Source: Mobula hypostoma (taxonomy: Eukaryota). From it: DNA of 64,000 bases. This document shows, in pieces, positions 39,377-53,000 of this stretch. The notes beneath the pieces were generated by a model. It was not told where the DNA came from. It searched no databases and was given only the letters and a program-made list of their open reading frames with translations. Location: assembly GCF_963921235.1 (NCBI RefSeq), contig NC_086108.1, positions 44,642,001 to 44,706,000 of the forward strand, given 5' to 3'. Made by a program: the position numbers and the translations under genes. Numbering within the stretch: the first letter of the stretch is position 1; each line of letters opens with the position of its first letter.

Positions 39377-42300
39377 AGTGTTTCCCAACCTTGTTTAATC
39401 CCAAGCCCCCTTAAAGTATTATCATACTTGCCAACGCCCCCCTGAAGTACTCTCATACTTGCCAATGCCCCTCTTGGGCACAGTATACTTTCTAGTGCCC
39501 CCATCGTGTAAAAATATGTCTATCATATGCTAACTGAGAAAATTATTCTGCTTTAAATCTTTATTTGTCTTTAACCTAGCTTATGCAGTACCTGTGCGCT
39601 GTACAGCAGCTTCGATATCAATGTGATCCTTGAGCTTGATGACTTTTAGCAAAAATTGAAATATCTGGTTGAAGTTGTGGTCTTAAGTCCCCAGGCATAA
39701 CAATGTCCAAGCAGTTTCTGTTTTTTTGTGATATTGTGGTTCACTGCACTGAAGTCTCTTTCACCAAGGTAGGAGGGTGGAAATGCAATGAAGAGCAGTT
39801 TGACTCTTCTCTAAAGACCAGGAAACTTCATTTGACAGAGTAGCCACATACCACAAAAGCTGACATTTTTGAAAAGCATTTTTACTTCTTCATCATTCTG
39901 AATTTCGATAATTTCTTCTTGCAAGGTCTCTTCCTGTTCTTCCACCTTGCAAAGAAATAAAGTTAATTACCCAGTCCCAGTCCAGAATTTCCAGGTCATT
40001 TAAATCCTTGAATCGATATTGAAAATACTTCGGTGACTGCAGGTGTAAGCAGTATTCTTGCAAATCGCCATCTGTGAAAGAGAGTGCCATACTTTACATG
40101 TAGAGAAATTGAGACGACATTCTTCTCCTGATGTTTTGTGTATATATTTCCAATTTTCTGATAAAAGTGGACACTGCTCTTTTTGCCTGGATTAAATTGA
40201 AATTCTCACCCTGTAGGTTCATACGTAGAATATTCATTTTGATTGGTTAGGTATGCCACATCTCCAAGTAGAAGTTCAGTCTTGTTTCCAAAGCTCTTGT
40301 TAACTTTGAGCAAAAATTCAACCATGGTGTCAAAAAGATCAAGGAAACATTTTAAGCAGCAGCCTCTTAACAGCCAATGCACTTCTTTGTGAAGAAGCAA
40401 GTGTCCTAACTTATCATCATTATCTTAGCGTAACTGGTGAAATATTCTGCTATTTAGTGGATGATCTTTAATTTTGTTGATAGCAGATATTACAAGAGTC
40501 ATGCTTGAAAAAAGTCACTGGCTAAGGTTTTTGATTGTGAGATGTTGATGATGAATTACACAATGGACTGCAAACTGACTTGGAATTTCTTTTTTCATAA
40601 ATGCCACAATACCAGCATGGTGATCTGTCATACATGGTGCTTCATCTGTTGCACAAGAAATTGAATAATTACTTTGGTTCTGTCTTCACTAAGGAGGACA
40701 TAAATAGTCTTCCAGAAATAGTAGGGGACAGAGGGTCCAGTGAGATGGAGGAACTGAGCGAAATACATGTGAGTAGGGAAGTGGTGTTAGGTAAATTGAA
40801 GGGATTGAAGGCAGATAAATCCCCAGGGCCAGATAGTCTGCATCCTAGAGTGCTTAAGGAAGTAGCCCAAGAAATAGTGGATGCATTAGTGATAATTTTT
40901 CAAACCTCGTTAGATTCTGGACTAGTTCCTGAGGATTGGAGGGTGGCTAATGTAACCCCACTTTTTAAAAAAGGAGGGAGAGAGAAACCGGGGAATTATA
41001 GACCGGTTAGCTTAACGTCAGTGGTGGGGAAACTGCTGGAGTCAGTTATCAAGGATGTGATAACAGCACATTTGGAAAGCGGTGAAATCATCGGACAAAG
41101 TCAGCATGGATTTGTGAAAGGAAAATTATGTCTGATGAATCTCATAGAATTTTTTGAGGATGTAACTAGTAGAGTGGATAGGGGAGAACCAGTGGATGTG
41201 GTATATTTGGATTTTCAAAAGGCTTTTGACAAGGTCCCACACAGGAGATTAGTGTGCAAACTTAAAGCACACGGTATTGGGGGTAAGGTATTGGTGTGGG
41301 TGGAGCATTGGTTAGCAGACAGGAAGCAAAGAGTGGGAATAAATGGGACCTTTTCAGAATGGTAGGCGGTGACAAGTGGGGTACCGCAAGGCTCAGTGCT
41401 GGGACCCCAGTTGTTTACAATATATATTAATGACTTGGATGAGAGAATTAAATGCAGCATCTCCAAATTTGCGGATGACATGAAGCTGGGTGGCAGTGTT
41501 AGCAGTGAGGAGGATGCTAAGAGGATGCAGGGTGACTTGGATAGGTTGGGTGAGTGGGCAAATTCATGGCAGATGCAATTTAATGTGGATAAATGTGAAG
41601 TTATCCACTTTGGTGGCAAAAATAGGAAAACAGATTATTATCTGAATGGTGGCCGATTAGGAAAAGAGGAGGTGCAACGAGACCTGGGTGTCATTATACA
41701 CCAGTCATTGAAAGTGGGCATGCAGGTACAGCAGGCGGTGAAAAAGGCGAATGGTATGCTGGCATTTATAGCGAGAGGATTCGAATACAGGAGCAGGGAG
41801 GTACTACTGCAGTTGTACAAGGCCTTGGTGAGACCACACCTGGAGTATTGTGTGCAGTTTTGGTCCCCTAATCTGAGGAAAGACATCTTTGCCATAGAGG
41901 GAGTACAAAGAAGGTTCACCAGATTGATTCCTGGGATGGCAGGACTTTCATATGAAGAAAGACTGGATGAACTGGGCTTGTAGTCGTTGGAATTTAGAAG
42001 ATTGAGGGGGGATCTGATTGAAACGTATAAGATCCTAAAGGGATTGGACAGGCTAGATGCAGGAAGATTGTTCCCGATGTTGGGGAAGTCCAGAACGAGG
42101 GGCCACAGTTTGAGGATAGAGGGGAAGCCTTTCAGGACCGAGATTAGGAAAAACTTCTTCACACAGAGAGTGGTGAATCTGTGGAATTCTCTGCCACAGG
42201 AAACTGTTGAGGCCAGTTCATTGGCTATATTTAAGAGGGAGTTAGATATGGCCCTTGTGGCTACGGGGGTCAGGGGGTATGGAGGGAAGGCTGGGGCGGG

Positions 42301-43450
42301 GTTCTGAGTTGGATGATCAGCCATGATCATAATAAATGGCGGTGCAGGCTCGAAGGGCCGAATGGCCTACTCCTGCACCTATTTTCTATGTTTTCTATGT
42401 AAATCATGTTCCTAATTGGAATACTTTTATCCTCCAAATAGATTTTGAGTTCATTGTAGATTGATTCTCCATTGATATTTGTTTATTTGCAGAAGAGAAT
42501 CTCTTCATAAAATGGCTAGCACGCGAGGGCATAGTTTTAAGGTGCTTGGAAGTAGGTACAAAGGAGATGTCAGGGGTAAGTTTTTTATGCAGGGAGTGGT
42601 AAGTGTGTGGAATGGGCTGCCGGCGGAGGCAGAAACAATAGGGTCTTTAAAGAGACTCCTGGATGGCTACATGGAGCTTAGAAAAATAGAGGACTATGGG
42701 TAAAGCCTAGGTAGTTCTAAGGTAGGGACATGTTCGGCACAGCTTTGTGGGCCGAGGGGCCTGTATTGTGCTGTAGATTTTCAATGTTTCTATAAACTTT
42801 TCCATTTTTGATAAATCATACATATGCCATCTGTAATGCTTCATTGTATCACACCATTGACTCATCCAGTTGTATCCCAAATTCTGTTTTTTGTAGTGCT
42901 GTGCCCGTAGTTCATTCTCAATGGCTTCACTCTTTTCATCAGTATGAGGGGTTACAGAGTTATTAATCAGAAGAATTGATTTTAAAATACTGGTATCCAT
43001 TTTGAGAACAGTGGTGAGCACTTCTGATACAGCAGGCATTATTAATCTTTCACCAATTGAATGAGATTTTCTGTGCTTTGCCATCATTTTGGAAATGTTA
43101 TAAGCACCACTATCAAGGTCAATTTTAGCTTTCTTGGCAAATGACTGGAGTGTGCAATGCTTTTCAAATGCTTCTTTCATCTTCTGGAACTGAACAATAT
43201 CATAAGTAGCCTTTTAGGGAAGTGTTCCTGCAATCTTGATTGTTTCATGGCTTGATTAGACAGTACAGTATTACACATAAGACATATGAGGTGTTGCTGA
43301 TCTGACGGGAATGGAATAAAACCATTCTCCAGGTATGTAACATTGTATTGATGCACTTTCTGTTAATTCTGTGTCTTAGCAGGATTAGAATTCATGGCTT
43401 CACTGCCTTCAGACTCGGAGATAGAGCTATATGTATTTATCCATTGTTGA
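39377..43450 (-). mobile_element. hAT (Buster/ZBED5-like) transposon fossil interrupted by CR1 insertions
   Basis: End CAGTGTTTCCCAACC at 39377. Minus-strand remnants AKHRKSHSIGERLIMPAVSEVL, CATDEAPCM, HCVIHHQHL, LLHKEVHWL, AFPPSYLGERDFS. Confidence 0.75.
40657..42400 (+). mobile_element. Young 5'-truncated CR1 LINE (RT domain to 3' tail; two in-frame stops)
   Basis: ORFs 40601-41365, 41369-41983 and 41987-42307 are in one frame (KSPGPD, NYRPVSLTS, YLDFQKAFDKVPH, GVPQGSVLGP, KFADD). Tail TTTTCTATGTTTTCTATGT. Confidence 0.95.
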
Positions 43451-44633
43451 TAGGGCTCAATTAAAATGAAAAAATTAACACAAACTGGGAATGCCTATCA
43501 GATATTGGCGATGGCAACAAGTTGATACGGTCAGCCAGGTCTTGTGCCTCAAGTTAGGGTGCTGCTTACTTCTTCCCCCCCCAGCGACCATAACCACCCG
43601 TGCTGGGCATCACTGGTGTATTGGAGATTCTATTTTGATAGTATCACAAAAGCAGTTATTAATTATACATTAGTCCTAAGGCTTCCACTTATACAAAGAC
43701 TTGCAGCGTGTTTACATTAGTTCTGTTAAGTCAAATACAATTGGCGTTTCAGTTGTATCATGCATGGGACAAGGGATAAGCGATCTTGCAACCTTAATAA
43801 TATGCTCAGAATCAAACAAAGTATTCATTGTTTTTAAATTTGATTCTGCATTTTTGATCAGCTAGTAGCATGCATGCCTGAATAAGCAAGTTTCATTTCA
43901 AGCCTTACTTTAGAAGCCTGTCTTAAAATTGTGCAACTTTATTTTGAAGGCATTAATTTGTATCACATGTTGTGTGTTGACTTGTGCAATTTTAACATAT
44001 AATCTTCCTTGGCCACTTGCCAATTGTAGACCATAAGATGTAGGAGCAGAATTAGGCCATTTGGACCATCGAATGTTTCGCCATTTCATCATGGCTGATA
44101 CATTTTTCCTTCAGCCCCAATCTCCTGCTGCCTTCTCTCCTCCCCCATATCCCTTCATGCCCTGACCACCCAAGGATTTATCAACCTGTGCCTTAAATAT
44201 ACATTTGGTCCCCACAACTGCCTGTGGCAATGAATTTCACAGATTTACAACCCTCTGGCTAAAGGAATTCCTCCTCATCTCCTTTCTAAAAGGACACCCC
44301 TCTATTCTGAGGCTGTGTCCTCTGGTCTTAGACTCTCCTACCATAGGAAACATTCTCTCCACATTCACTCTATCAAAGCCTTTCATCATTCAATAAGTTT
44401 CAATGAGGTCACCCCGCATTCTTCTGAATTCTAGTGAATACAGGCCCAAAAGCATCAAATGTTCTTCATATGACAAGCTGTTCAATCCTGGTATCATTTT
44501 CATTAACCTCCTTTGAACCTTCTCCAGTTTCAGCACGTTCTTTCTAAGATAAATTGTGACTTTGAAATTATATCAGTTGTTGCTGGTAGAAGTTCCTTAC
44601 TTAAGCATTTTTCTGTTTTTTCCATTATGGCAG

Positions 44634-44739
44634 GAAGAGGAACTCTATGCTTGTCAAAGAGGCTGCAGGCTCTTCTCGATCTGTCAATTTGTGGATGATG
44701 GCACTGAATTAAACAGAACCAAGAATGAATGTGAATCTG
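44634..44739 (+). CDS. TMEM59: TMEM59 coding exon 2 (EEELYACQRGCRLFSICQFVDDGTELNRTKNECES)
   Basis: cag acceptor, G|GTAAG donor, 106 nt. Highly conserved TMEM59 motif. Confidence 0.95.
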
Positions 44740-45879
44740 GTAAGATTGCAGACTTGTGTGCCATGATATGCTCTGGTGCTGTACAGAACTTTTGATTAAA
44801 CAACCAGTAATAGAAGATGACATGCCCTAAGGAGGAATCTTTTGAATGATTAGGAAATTGATGGAATCAGATATATTAGCTCACACTGCTGGGGAGGTTA
44901 TTAACAGCAATAGGATAATTTTGTAGTACAGCTGACATAGAAATCATAAGTACTTTTATCTTAGTAGAGACTATAGAGACTTGTATATCAAAGTGCAGGA
45001 GTTTCGACATATGCATTCATAAAGTGCATCAGGAGCAGCTTTCTCAGCTAATGCAACCAGGAAAGCAGTTATAAAATATTACTTTAGATCTTATAAAATG
45101 ATAGCAATCTTATAGTAAAATGTTGTAGTAAAATTTAAAGACTTCCACAGGGATCCTGCTAGTGCCTGTGGAATGGCTTGTAGATTTATTAATAGCTTAA
45201 CAATGACAGATCTAAGGAATGACTTCATAATACTAGATGATTATATGTTGCTTTGAGAAATGAAATTTCCATGTGGAGTTTGATTATGACAAAAGCTGCT
45301 AAGGTTTTAAAAGTTTGTGATATTGCGGAAAAATTAGCTAGCCTGAAAAGTGGAAACACATTAAAACATGATCAAAAACAAATAGAATCTGTTTTTATGC
45401 CTTGCTAGTTTATATTCCTAGAGGTTCTACATGTACTATATGTTTAATTAAAAAGGATGTGGTTATGAATATGGGATCCTTGGAGAAATGGGAAGAAATG
45501 ATCCATTGGTGTGGAAAGGGGAGGAGGGAGGAAATATTAGACATGAATATCCATTTTCATAGTAGTAGAAACATTAAAAATAAACTTAATGAGAGATGGA
45601 TGTAAAACAGAATTGTAATAAGTAGGTTATTTTTGGGTTAGGTGACTAAACTCTAGGACGCAACAGGAATTGGTGATGGGCCCTACGTCTTCACTTGATG
45701 ATTTGCATAAGGGGATCAAGTGCAATATATCCAAATTTGCTGAAGGTGTAAATTTAGATGGTTTTCAATTGGGGGGGGCCTTAGAAATTTCAAGGGGCAG
45801 GCTGAATGAAAGGGTGAGGACATGGGAGATGACTGTTTGGCATACCTGCACAATCAGGAGGTAAATTTAGCAGTCTGTG

Positions 45880-46840
45880 ACAGGGAGAAGCTAAAGTCAG
45901 ATGTATCAGTATTACAGTGGAGTAAAGGGAATTGCAGAGACATGCAAGAAGAGTTGACCAAAATTGATTGGAAGGGGGCATGAGAGGGATGATGACAGAA
46001 AGCAATGGCTAGAGTTTCTGAGAGCAATTTGGAAGGCAGAGTATAATACATCCCAAAGATGAAGAACTATTCTAAAGGGAAGTTTATGCAACCATCATGA
46101 CAAGGAAAGTCAAAGACAGCATAAAAGAAAAAGAGAGGGCATTTAATATCGCAAAAATGATTGGGAAGTTAGGGTTTTGGGAAGAGTTTAAAAACTGATG
46201 GAAGGCAACTAAAGCCATAAGGAGAGAAAAGCTGAAATATAAAGGTAAGCTAGCCAACAATATAAAATAGGATACCAAACGTTTTCTGATATATATAGAG
46301 AAAAACAGGTGAGAGTAGATATTGGACCGCTGGAAAATGATGCTGGAGAGGTAGTAATGGGGGCAAAGAAATGGCAGATGAACTCAATAAATATTTTGCG
46401 TTACTCTTCACTGTAGAAGACACTTGCAGTATGCCGGAAATTCAAGAGTGTCACGACAGGAGTGTGTCTAGTTGCTTTTACCAAGGAGAATGTGCTTGGG
46501 AAGGTGAAGAGTCTAAAGATAGATAAGTCATCTGGACCATACGGACTACACCTCAAGGTTCTGAAAGAGGTAGCTGAAGAGATTGTGAAGGCATTAGTGA
46601 TGATCTTTCAAGAATCAATAGATTCTGGAAATTTTCCAGAGGACTGGAAAATTGCAACTGTCACACCACTCTTTAAGAAGGGAGGGAGGCAGAAGAATGG
46701 AAATTGTAGGCCAGTTAGCCTCACTTCAGCAGTTGGGAAGATGATGGAGTCCATTCTCCATTGGGGTACTTGGAGGCGAATGATAAAATAGACCAAAGAT
46801 TGCATAGTTTTCTTAAGTGTAAATCTTGCCCGATAATCCT
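45880..46840 (+). mobile_element. Degenerate CR1 ORF2 fragment
   Basis: KSSGPYGLHLKVLKEVAEEI...PEDWKIATVTPLFKKGGRQKNGNCRPVSLTS. Confidence 0.8.
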
Positions 46841-48834
46841 GAAAAATGCACGTCTTCTTCCTACAAGGTGAATCCTAACATCATGAATGCCTGTGATGCT
46901 TCACTCCTAGATGAGAGTAACACGTTGTTATGCATACTTTGAAAGGGAGAATAAAACTACACCTATGCAAATCTCTACATCTGGTGACCCTTGGAAGCTG
47001 ACTTCAGGATATCTTTCATGAGGGTGAACCCTTGCAAGGCCTCAGACCTTGTTGGTACCTGGTAGGGCACTGAAAACCTGAGCTTATCAACTGGCTGGAG
47101 CATTCAAGGACATCTTCTGTCTCTCACCGCTACAGTCAGAGGTTCCTACATGCTTCAAAAAGGTGACAGTGCCCAAGTAGAGCAGGGGGAGCTGCCTCAA
47201 TGACTAATGCATAGCTGCACTCACCTCTGCAGTGATGAAGTGATTTGAGGGATTGGTCATGGCCAGAATCAATTTCTGCCTAAACGAGGACCTGAATCTG
47301 TTGCCACAATAGGTCTACAGTGGAGGCAATCTCGCTGGCTCTCCATTCGGCCTTGGATCACCTAGATAACAGTAATACATACAGTTGCAAGAAAAAAGTT
47401 TGTGAACCCTTTGCAATTACCTGGTTTTCTGCATTAATTACTCATAAAATGTGGTCTAATATCTGAGTCACAATAATAAACAAACAGAATCTGCCTAAAC
47501 TAATAACACACAAATAATTGTACTACTTCTCATCAATACTGAATACATGATTTAAACAATCATATTCTAGGTTCAAAGAAGTATGTGAACTCTGGGGTAT
47601 TGCCTTCTACAAAAGCTATTTGGAGTCAAGTGTTCCAATCATTGAGATGAGCTGGGAGGTGTGAGGTGTAGTGGTGCCTTGCTCTATAAAAAAAGACACA
47701 CAAAGTCAGGTTATAGATAGAGCCTGCTCTTCTCAAGAAAGATCTGTTTATGTGCACCATGCCCCAATCAAAACAACTTTCAGACGACCTTAGAAGAAGA
47801 ACTGTAGAGATTCATGAAGCTGGAAAAGGCTACAAAAGCATTTCGAAAGACCTGAGTGTTCATCAGTCCACAATAAGAGAAATTTTCTGCAAATGGAGGA
47901 AATTTAGTACTGTTGCTACTCTCCCTAGGAGTAGGCGTTCTGCAAAGATCACACCAAGGGCACAATGTGCAATGCTGAAGGAGGTGAAAAAGAACCCAAG
48001 GGTAACAGCAAAAGACCTGCAAAAATCTCTAGAACTTGCTAAAGTTTCTGTTCATGTGTCCACGCTAAGAAAAACACTCAACAAGAATGAGGAAATCACT
48101 GCTCTCCAAAAACAAAAACATTGCTGCATGTCTCAGGTTTGCAAAAGACCACCTGGAGTTCTGTAATGCTTCTGGGACAATGGTCTATGGACCTGTGAGA
48201 CAAAAGTTTTTTGGCAGAAGTGCCCACCGCTATGTTTGGAGGTAAAAGGGCACTACACACCAACACCAAAACCTCATCCCAGCTGTGAAGCATGGTGGAA
48301 GGAGGATCATGCTTTGGGGCTGCTTTCTGTCTCAGGGCCTGGACAGCTTGCAGTCATTGACGGAATAATGAATTCAAAATTGTATCAAGACATTTTACAG
48401 GAGAATGTCATGGTAGTGGTCCACCACCTGAAGCCTACTAGAAGTTGGATGATGCAACAAGACAATGATCTGAAACACAAGAGTAAATCAACAAAAAAGA
48501 GAAAAAGAGAAAATGTGTTTTGGAATGGCCAAGTCAGAGTCTACACTTTAACCCGATTGAGATGCTATAGTGTAACCTGAAGAGGGCTACACTACACTAC
48601 ATGCAAGGTATCCCAGAAATATTGATGAACTGAAATAGTTTTGTGTAGAGGAATAGTCAAAAATTCCTCCTCGCCATTGCAGCTGCAGAAATTGTCTGGT
48701 GGAGGTTATTGCTGCTAAAGGAGGTTCTACCAGTTATTAAATACAAGGGTTCACTTACTTCCAGCTTGTGCTGTGAATGATTAAACAATGTATTCAATAA
48801 AGACCTGAAAAGTACAATTGTTCTTAGTTTAGGT

Positions 48835-49985
48835 CAGGGATAGGCGGCCGGCAAAGGTATTTTGACCGGCCCGCGAGCAAATATTGAGATACTATGCTTA
48901 TCTGGCCTGTGAGCGAATTGTTTTCCTTATTCTGAGTGTTTCATGCAACCACACTGATGGACATGCATGGCATCTTGTTACACTGGCCTCAGGTTCCGTT
49001 TTATTCCAAACCAAACACTGGTAAATACGAATGACGGGAAGGCAAACTACCTTATTAATATGTATTAGATTCTCTCCGTGCACGCGCAGATTTTCAGATG
49101 GGATCGTTCAAATTTGTAAACAGAAACAACGTTACTGTGTTTTAACAAGAAATCCACGCTAAATATCCAGATATTTACATGTGCTACGATACTTGTTGAA
49201 AAACTCGTGTTTCGAAATAAAATCAAAGAAAAAAATTCCAATGGCAGTGAATGCAAAACATAGGAAGGTAGACGCTGAATGCCGAAAAAGCAGTGAAAAT
49301 GAAGGAAATACCCGTGCCAGCTACGAAGACTCAAAATGTATTGCAGAAAAAATGAAGCCTTTTACAAATGGAGAGTTTGTCAAAGAATGTTTACTGGCAG
49401 TGGTGGATATTGTTTGTCCTGAAAAGAAATCTTTATTTCCATCTATCCACCCGTCAACAAGAACGATCACACGGTGAGTTGAAGAAATCTCAGCAGATGT
49501 TAGAAGTCGTTTAAGGGATGCCTGCAATGAATTGCTTTTTTTTTCAATTGCGCTTGATGAAAGTACAGACTTGAGAGAGACTGCTCAACTTGCAGAGTTT
49601 GTGCGAGGAGTGACCTCAACTTTTCAAATTTTTGAAGGGTTTATTCAATTAATTCCTATGAAGGACCCGGTTACTGGAGCAGACATTTTTGAAACTTTGC
49701 TGAAAATGATGTCAGAAATGAAACTTAATGTGTCGAAGCTAATTGGCACCAGCAGTGGTGGGACAGAAAAACTAAACTGAGTTCTTTGATTACTAATTGG
49801 CATCCTTGGTTAAGCATAAATGGTTTTCTAGCATGTGTTATTCATTAATTTGAGGCAAAACATAACTAGATGTATTTAAATGGATAATTCCCATATTTCA
49901 AGTTTCTTATGGCATCTATCTGACCCACCGTCCGCTCATTAATATGTGATTCGGCCCACAGAGGCAAAAAGGTTGCCGACCCTTG
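48835..49985 (+). mobile_element. Internally deleted hAT (Charlie/SPIN/GTF2IRD2-like) element
   Basis: 8-bp TSD GTTTAGGT (48827-48834, 49986-49993). Ends CAGGGA.../...GGTTGCCGACCCTTG. Motifs KPFTNGEFVKECL and FSIALDESTD..TAQLAEFVRG. Confidence 0.88.
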
Positions 49986-50054
49986 GTTTAGGTGGATTGA
50001 GTTTGCTATTATTGTGACTTAGATGAAGATCAGACCACATTTTATGATTAGTGT

Positions 50055-53000
50055 TGTTACGAGAATACACATAAAATTAAGATGTTTGCTGGCCTGGGCT
50101 AGCATCAGTGGCATCAGCAGTTGGTCTGCCACCTGCCCTCAGGGGAAGGAGAGATAAGGAACAATGGAGCAGCGTCTGGAGATGTGTAATGAAGGGATGT
50201 GGGAGGAAGAGCTGTCTGGAGCGGCTCCCCCCTTTGAACCCTGAACTGTTTGAAGTGATGGACAGGCGATACCCCAGCAGGGGGATAAAAAGGGACAGGT
50301 TCGCTAAGACAGACACACACGCCACCCGAGGTAACGAGACCCTGGAAGCGGTGCGCCTCTCACGAGTGATGAGAAGTACCGGACAACGCACAGGGTGGAA
50401 AGGTACGATCAGCGGGAACCCGGTGTGTGTCCGCCCTTGCCTGGGTGCCGGGTTCACTGCAGAGGATCGACCGCATCTGGAGGAGGGGTCACAGTCGGTG
50501 ACCTCAGGTGACATCACCAAGGACCCGCCCAAATGCTGTTTGTGAGCCATCCCGCTGGTCTGTGAGTGAAGCAGTGTTCTGAATGATCAGTAGTTCCTAT
50601 TCTATCTCTGTCTCTCTTCCCCCACCTTGTCCATCGCCATGGCAACGATTACTGCGAACTGAACTACAAACTGGACTGAACTTTGAGTCATTTTGAAATT
50701 GGTCATTTACCCCTAGACAACGATAGAGCTTGATTGATGCTGTTATCTTAATTCTGTGCACATGTGTTTATCATCACTGAACTGTTGCATTTATTATCCT
50801 TTCGATTACTGTGTTGCTTGTTTCTTTAATAAAACTTTCTTAGTTCTAGTACTCCAGACTCCAACTGAGTGATCCATTTCTGCTGGTTTGGCAACCCAGT
50901 TACAGGGTACGTAACATAAGTGGGGTTCTCGTCCGCGATTTTGAACGCTAAATTTGGGACGGAGTAAATTGATTGGGTTAAAATTCCCGAAAGAAAGAAA
51001 AGACAAACAGCAGAAATGGAGGTTGAGGAATTTATAAAGGCGCCGACCTTGGAGGCATTAGAGGATGCCAGGAAATCGGAATTGATAGCTGTGGCAAAAC
51101 GGGTGAATCTTGCTAAGGTGAAGTCGACAATGAGGAGAGAGGAGATACACAGAGCTATTGTAGAGCACTATGTATCTAAAGGTGTGTTTCCCCAAGGTGA
51201 GCTGGGGGAGGTGTCTATTGAAAAACCTGCTGGAGACGCGGTACAGGTACAGCTTGAAAAACTGAGACTCGAGCACGAGTTCCGGGTACGGCAGTTAGAA
51301 CACGAAGAGAAGCAGTTAGAAAGGCAGAAGAAAGAGAGAGAGGTAGAAAGGCAAGAGAGAGAAAGACAGTTGGAGAGAGAAGAGAGAGAGAGGGACAGAC
51401 AGTTGGAGAGAGAAGAGAGAGAGAGGGACAGACAGTTGGAGAGAGAGGAGAAACAGAGGGAAAGGGAATTTGAGCTGGAGAAGTTAAAGATAAGGGCCGA
51501 GCAGGGGCTCGTGCCGAACCAAGGTGGAGGGTTCCGGGCGACCCAGGAGGTTAGGCTGGTTCCCCCATTTGACGATACCGATGTGGATCGGTACTTTCTC
51601 CACTTCGAAAAAGTAGCTATAAGTCAGGACTGGCCGAGGGATAAGTGGGTTGTCTTACTTCAGAGTGTACTGAAAGGGAAAGCCCAGCAAGCTTACTCAG
51701 CTTTATCCGCGGAAGATGCCCAGAGGTATGAGGTGGTGAAAGAGGCCATCCTCAGGATTTATGAGTTGGTCCCGGAGGCATACCGGCAGAGGTTCCGGAA
51801 TGCGAGGAAGCGGTGGGACCGCACGTATTTGGAGTTTGCTCGTGAGATGCAAACATATTGTGAGCGTTGGTGCGCCTCGAAAGGGGTAGAGGGGGATTAC
51901 GACAGTCTGCTGCAACTGATTCTGATTGAGCAGTTTAAAGGTTGTGTCCCTGAGGGTATGAGACCCTACCTCGATGAGAAAGAGGCAGCCACGTTAGCCG
52001 CAACTGCTAAGTTAGCGGATGAGTATGCGTTGACGCATAAAATGAAGGTTGCCCCGAGTAAAGGCTACCAGAAGGGTAGTCAGGACGGCGGGGAGAGTCC
52101 ACCGGAAAAGTCAGAAAGTAAGCCGGGGACTAGTGAAAAGGATAAGGTAGACCGGGAGCAGTCTGGTAGGAAGTCTCCTGGGGTCGTCTGTTATAATTGT
52201 GGGAAAGTCGGACACTTTGCGTCCAGGTGCTTTGCCCCAAGAAAGGAGACGGGGAAAGGAAAAGCGGAAATTTGGAATGGCTGTATTGAGCTGTTAAGCG
52301 AACCGCTAGGGAAGGACAGGTCTGAAAAAGTCCAGGAAGGGCGCGAGAGGTTTATCTCGGCCGGACTGGTGTCAGTGAAGGAGAGGTTAAAACCAGTTCC
52401 AGTGCGGATCTGGAGAGACACGGGAGCGTGTCAGTCATTGATATTGAAGAGTGTATTAGAGTTTAGCTCAGAGACCCAGACTGGGGAGGTAGAGGTCAAA
52501 GGTGTTGGGGAAGGGACAGAGTCAGTCCCTTTGCACCAGATACATTTACAGAGCAACCTGGTCTCTGGACTAGTCACGATCGGGGTGAGATCCGAATTAC
52601 CGATGAAAGACGTGGAAGTCTTGCTCGGTAATGACATCGCCGGAGGGATCGTGTTCCCAGTCGTGAGATTGACGGGTCAGCCTGCCAGCATGGAGGCCCC
52701 GCCCGCGATGGTGAATTTGGCTGAAACATTTCTGCCAACCTTGTATGAGACAGGGTGTAGTGAGATAAGAGGTAGTGAGGGAGCTGGGACGGACGTAGCA
52801 GTAGCCAGGAAAGAATTTGTGCAGACGCAGGAGCGAGACGAGGGGCTGATGGTTTTGGCCGAGACAGCTCTCTCTGACACAGCCTTGACAAGGGAACTAG
52901 TAGGCTATTGTGCGGATGAGGAAGTGCTAAGGAAGAAAGGGAAATCAAGTACAGCATCCGCAGATGAGGAGTGGGGGGTGGTGCAAAAGAGTTATGGGGA

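Noticed and set aside
41215..42330. Long antisense ORFs (134 and 230 aa), also 9193-9672
   Set aside because: These are reverse-frame shadows of CR1 ORF2.
50077..50550. 145-161 aa ORFs on both strands inside the LTRs as accessory genes
   Set aside because: They are duplicated only because the LTRs are. Frames shift between copy A and B LTRs and no domain is recognisable.
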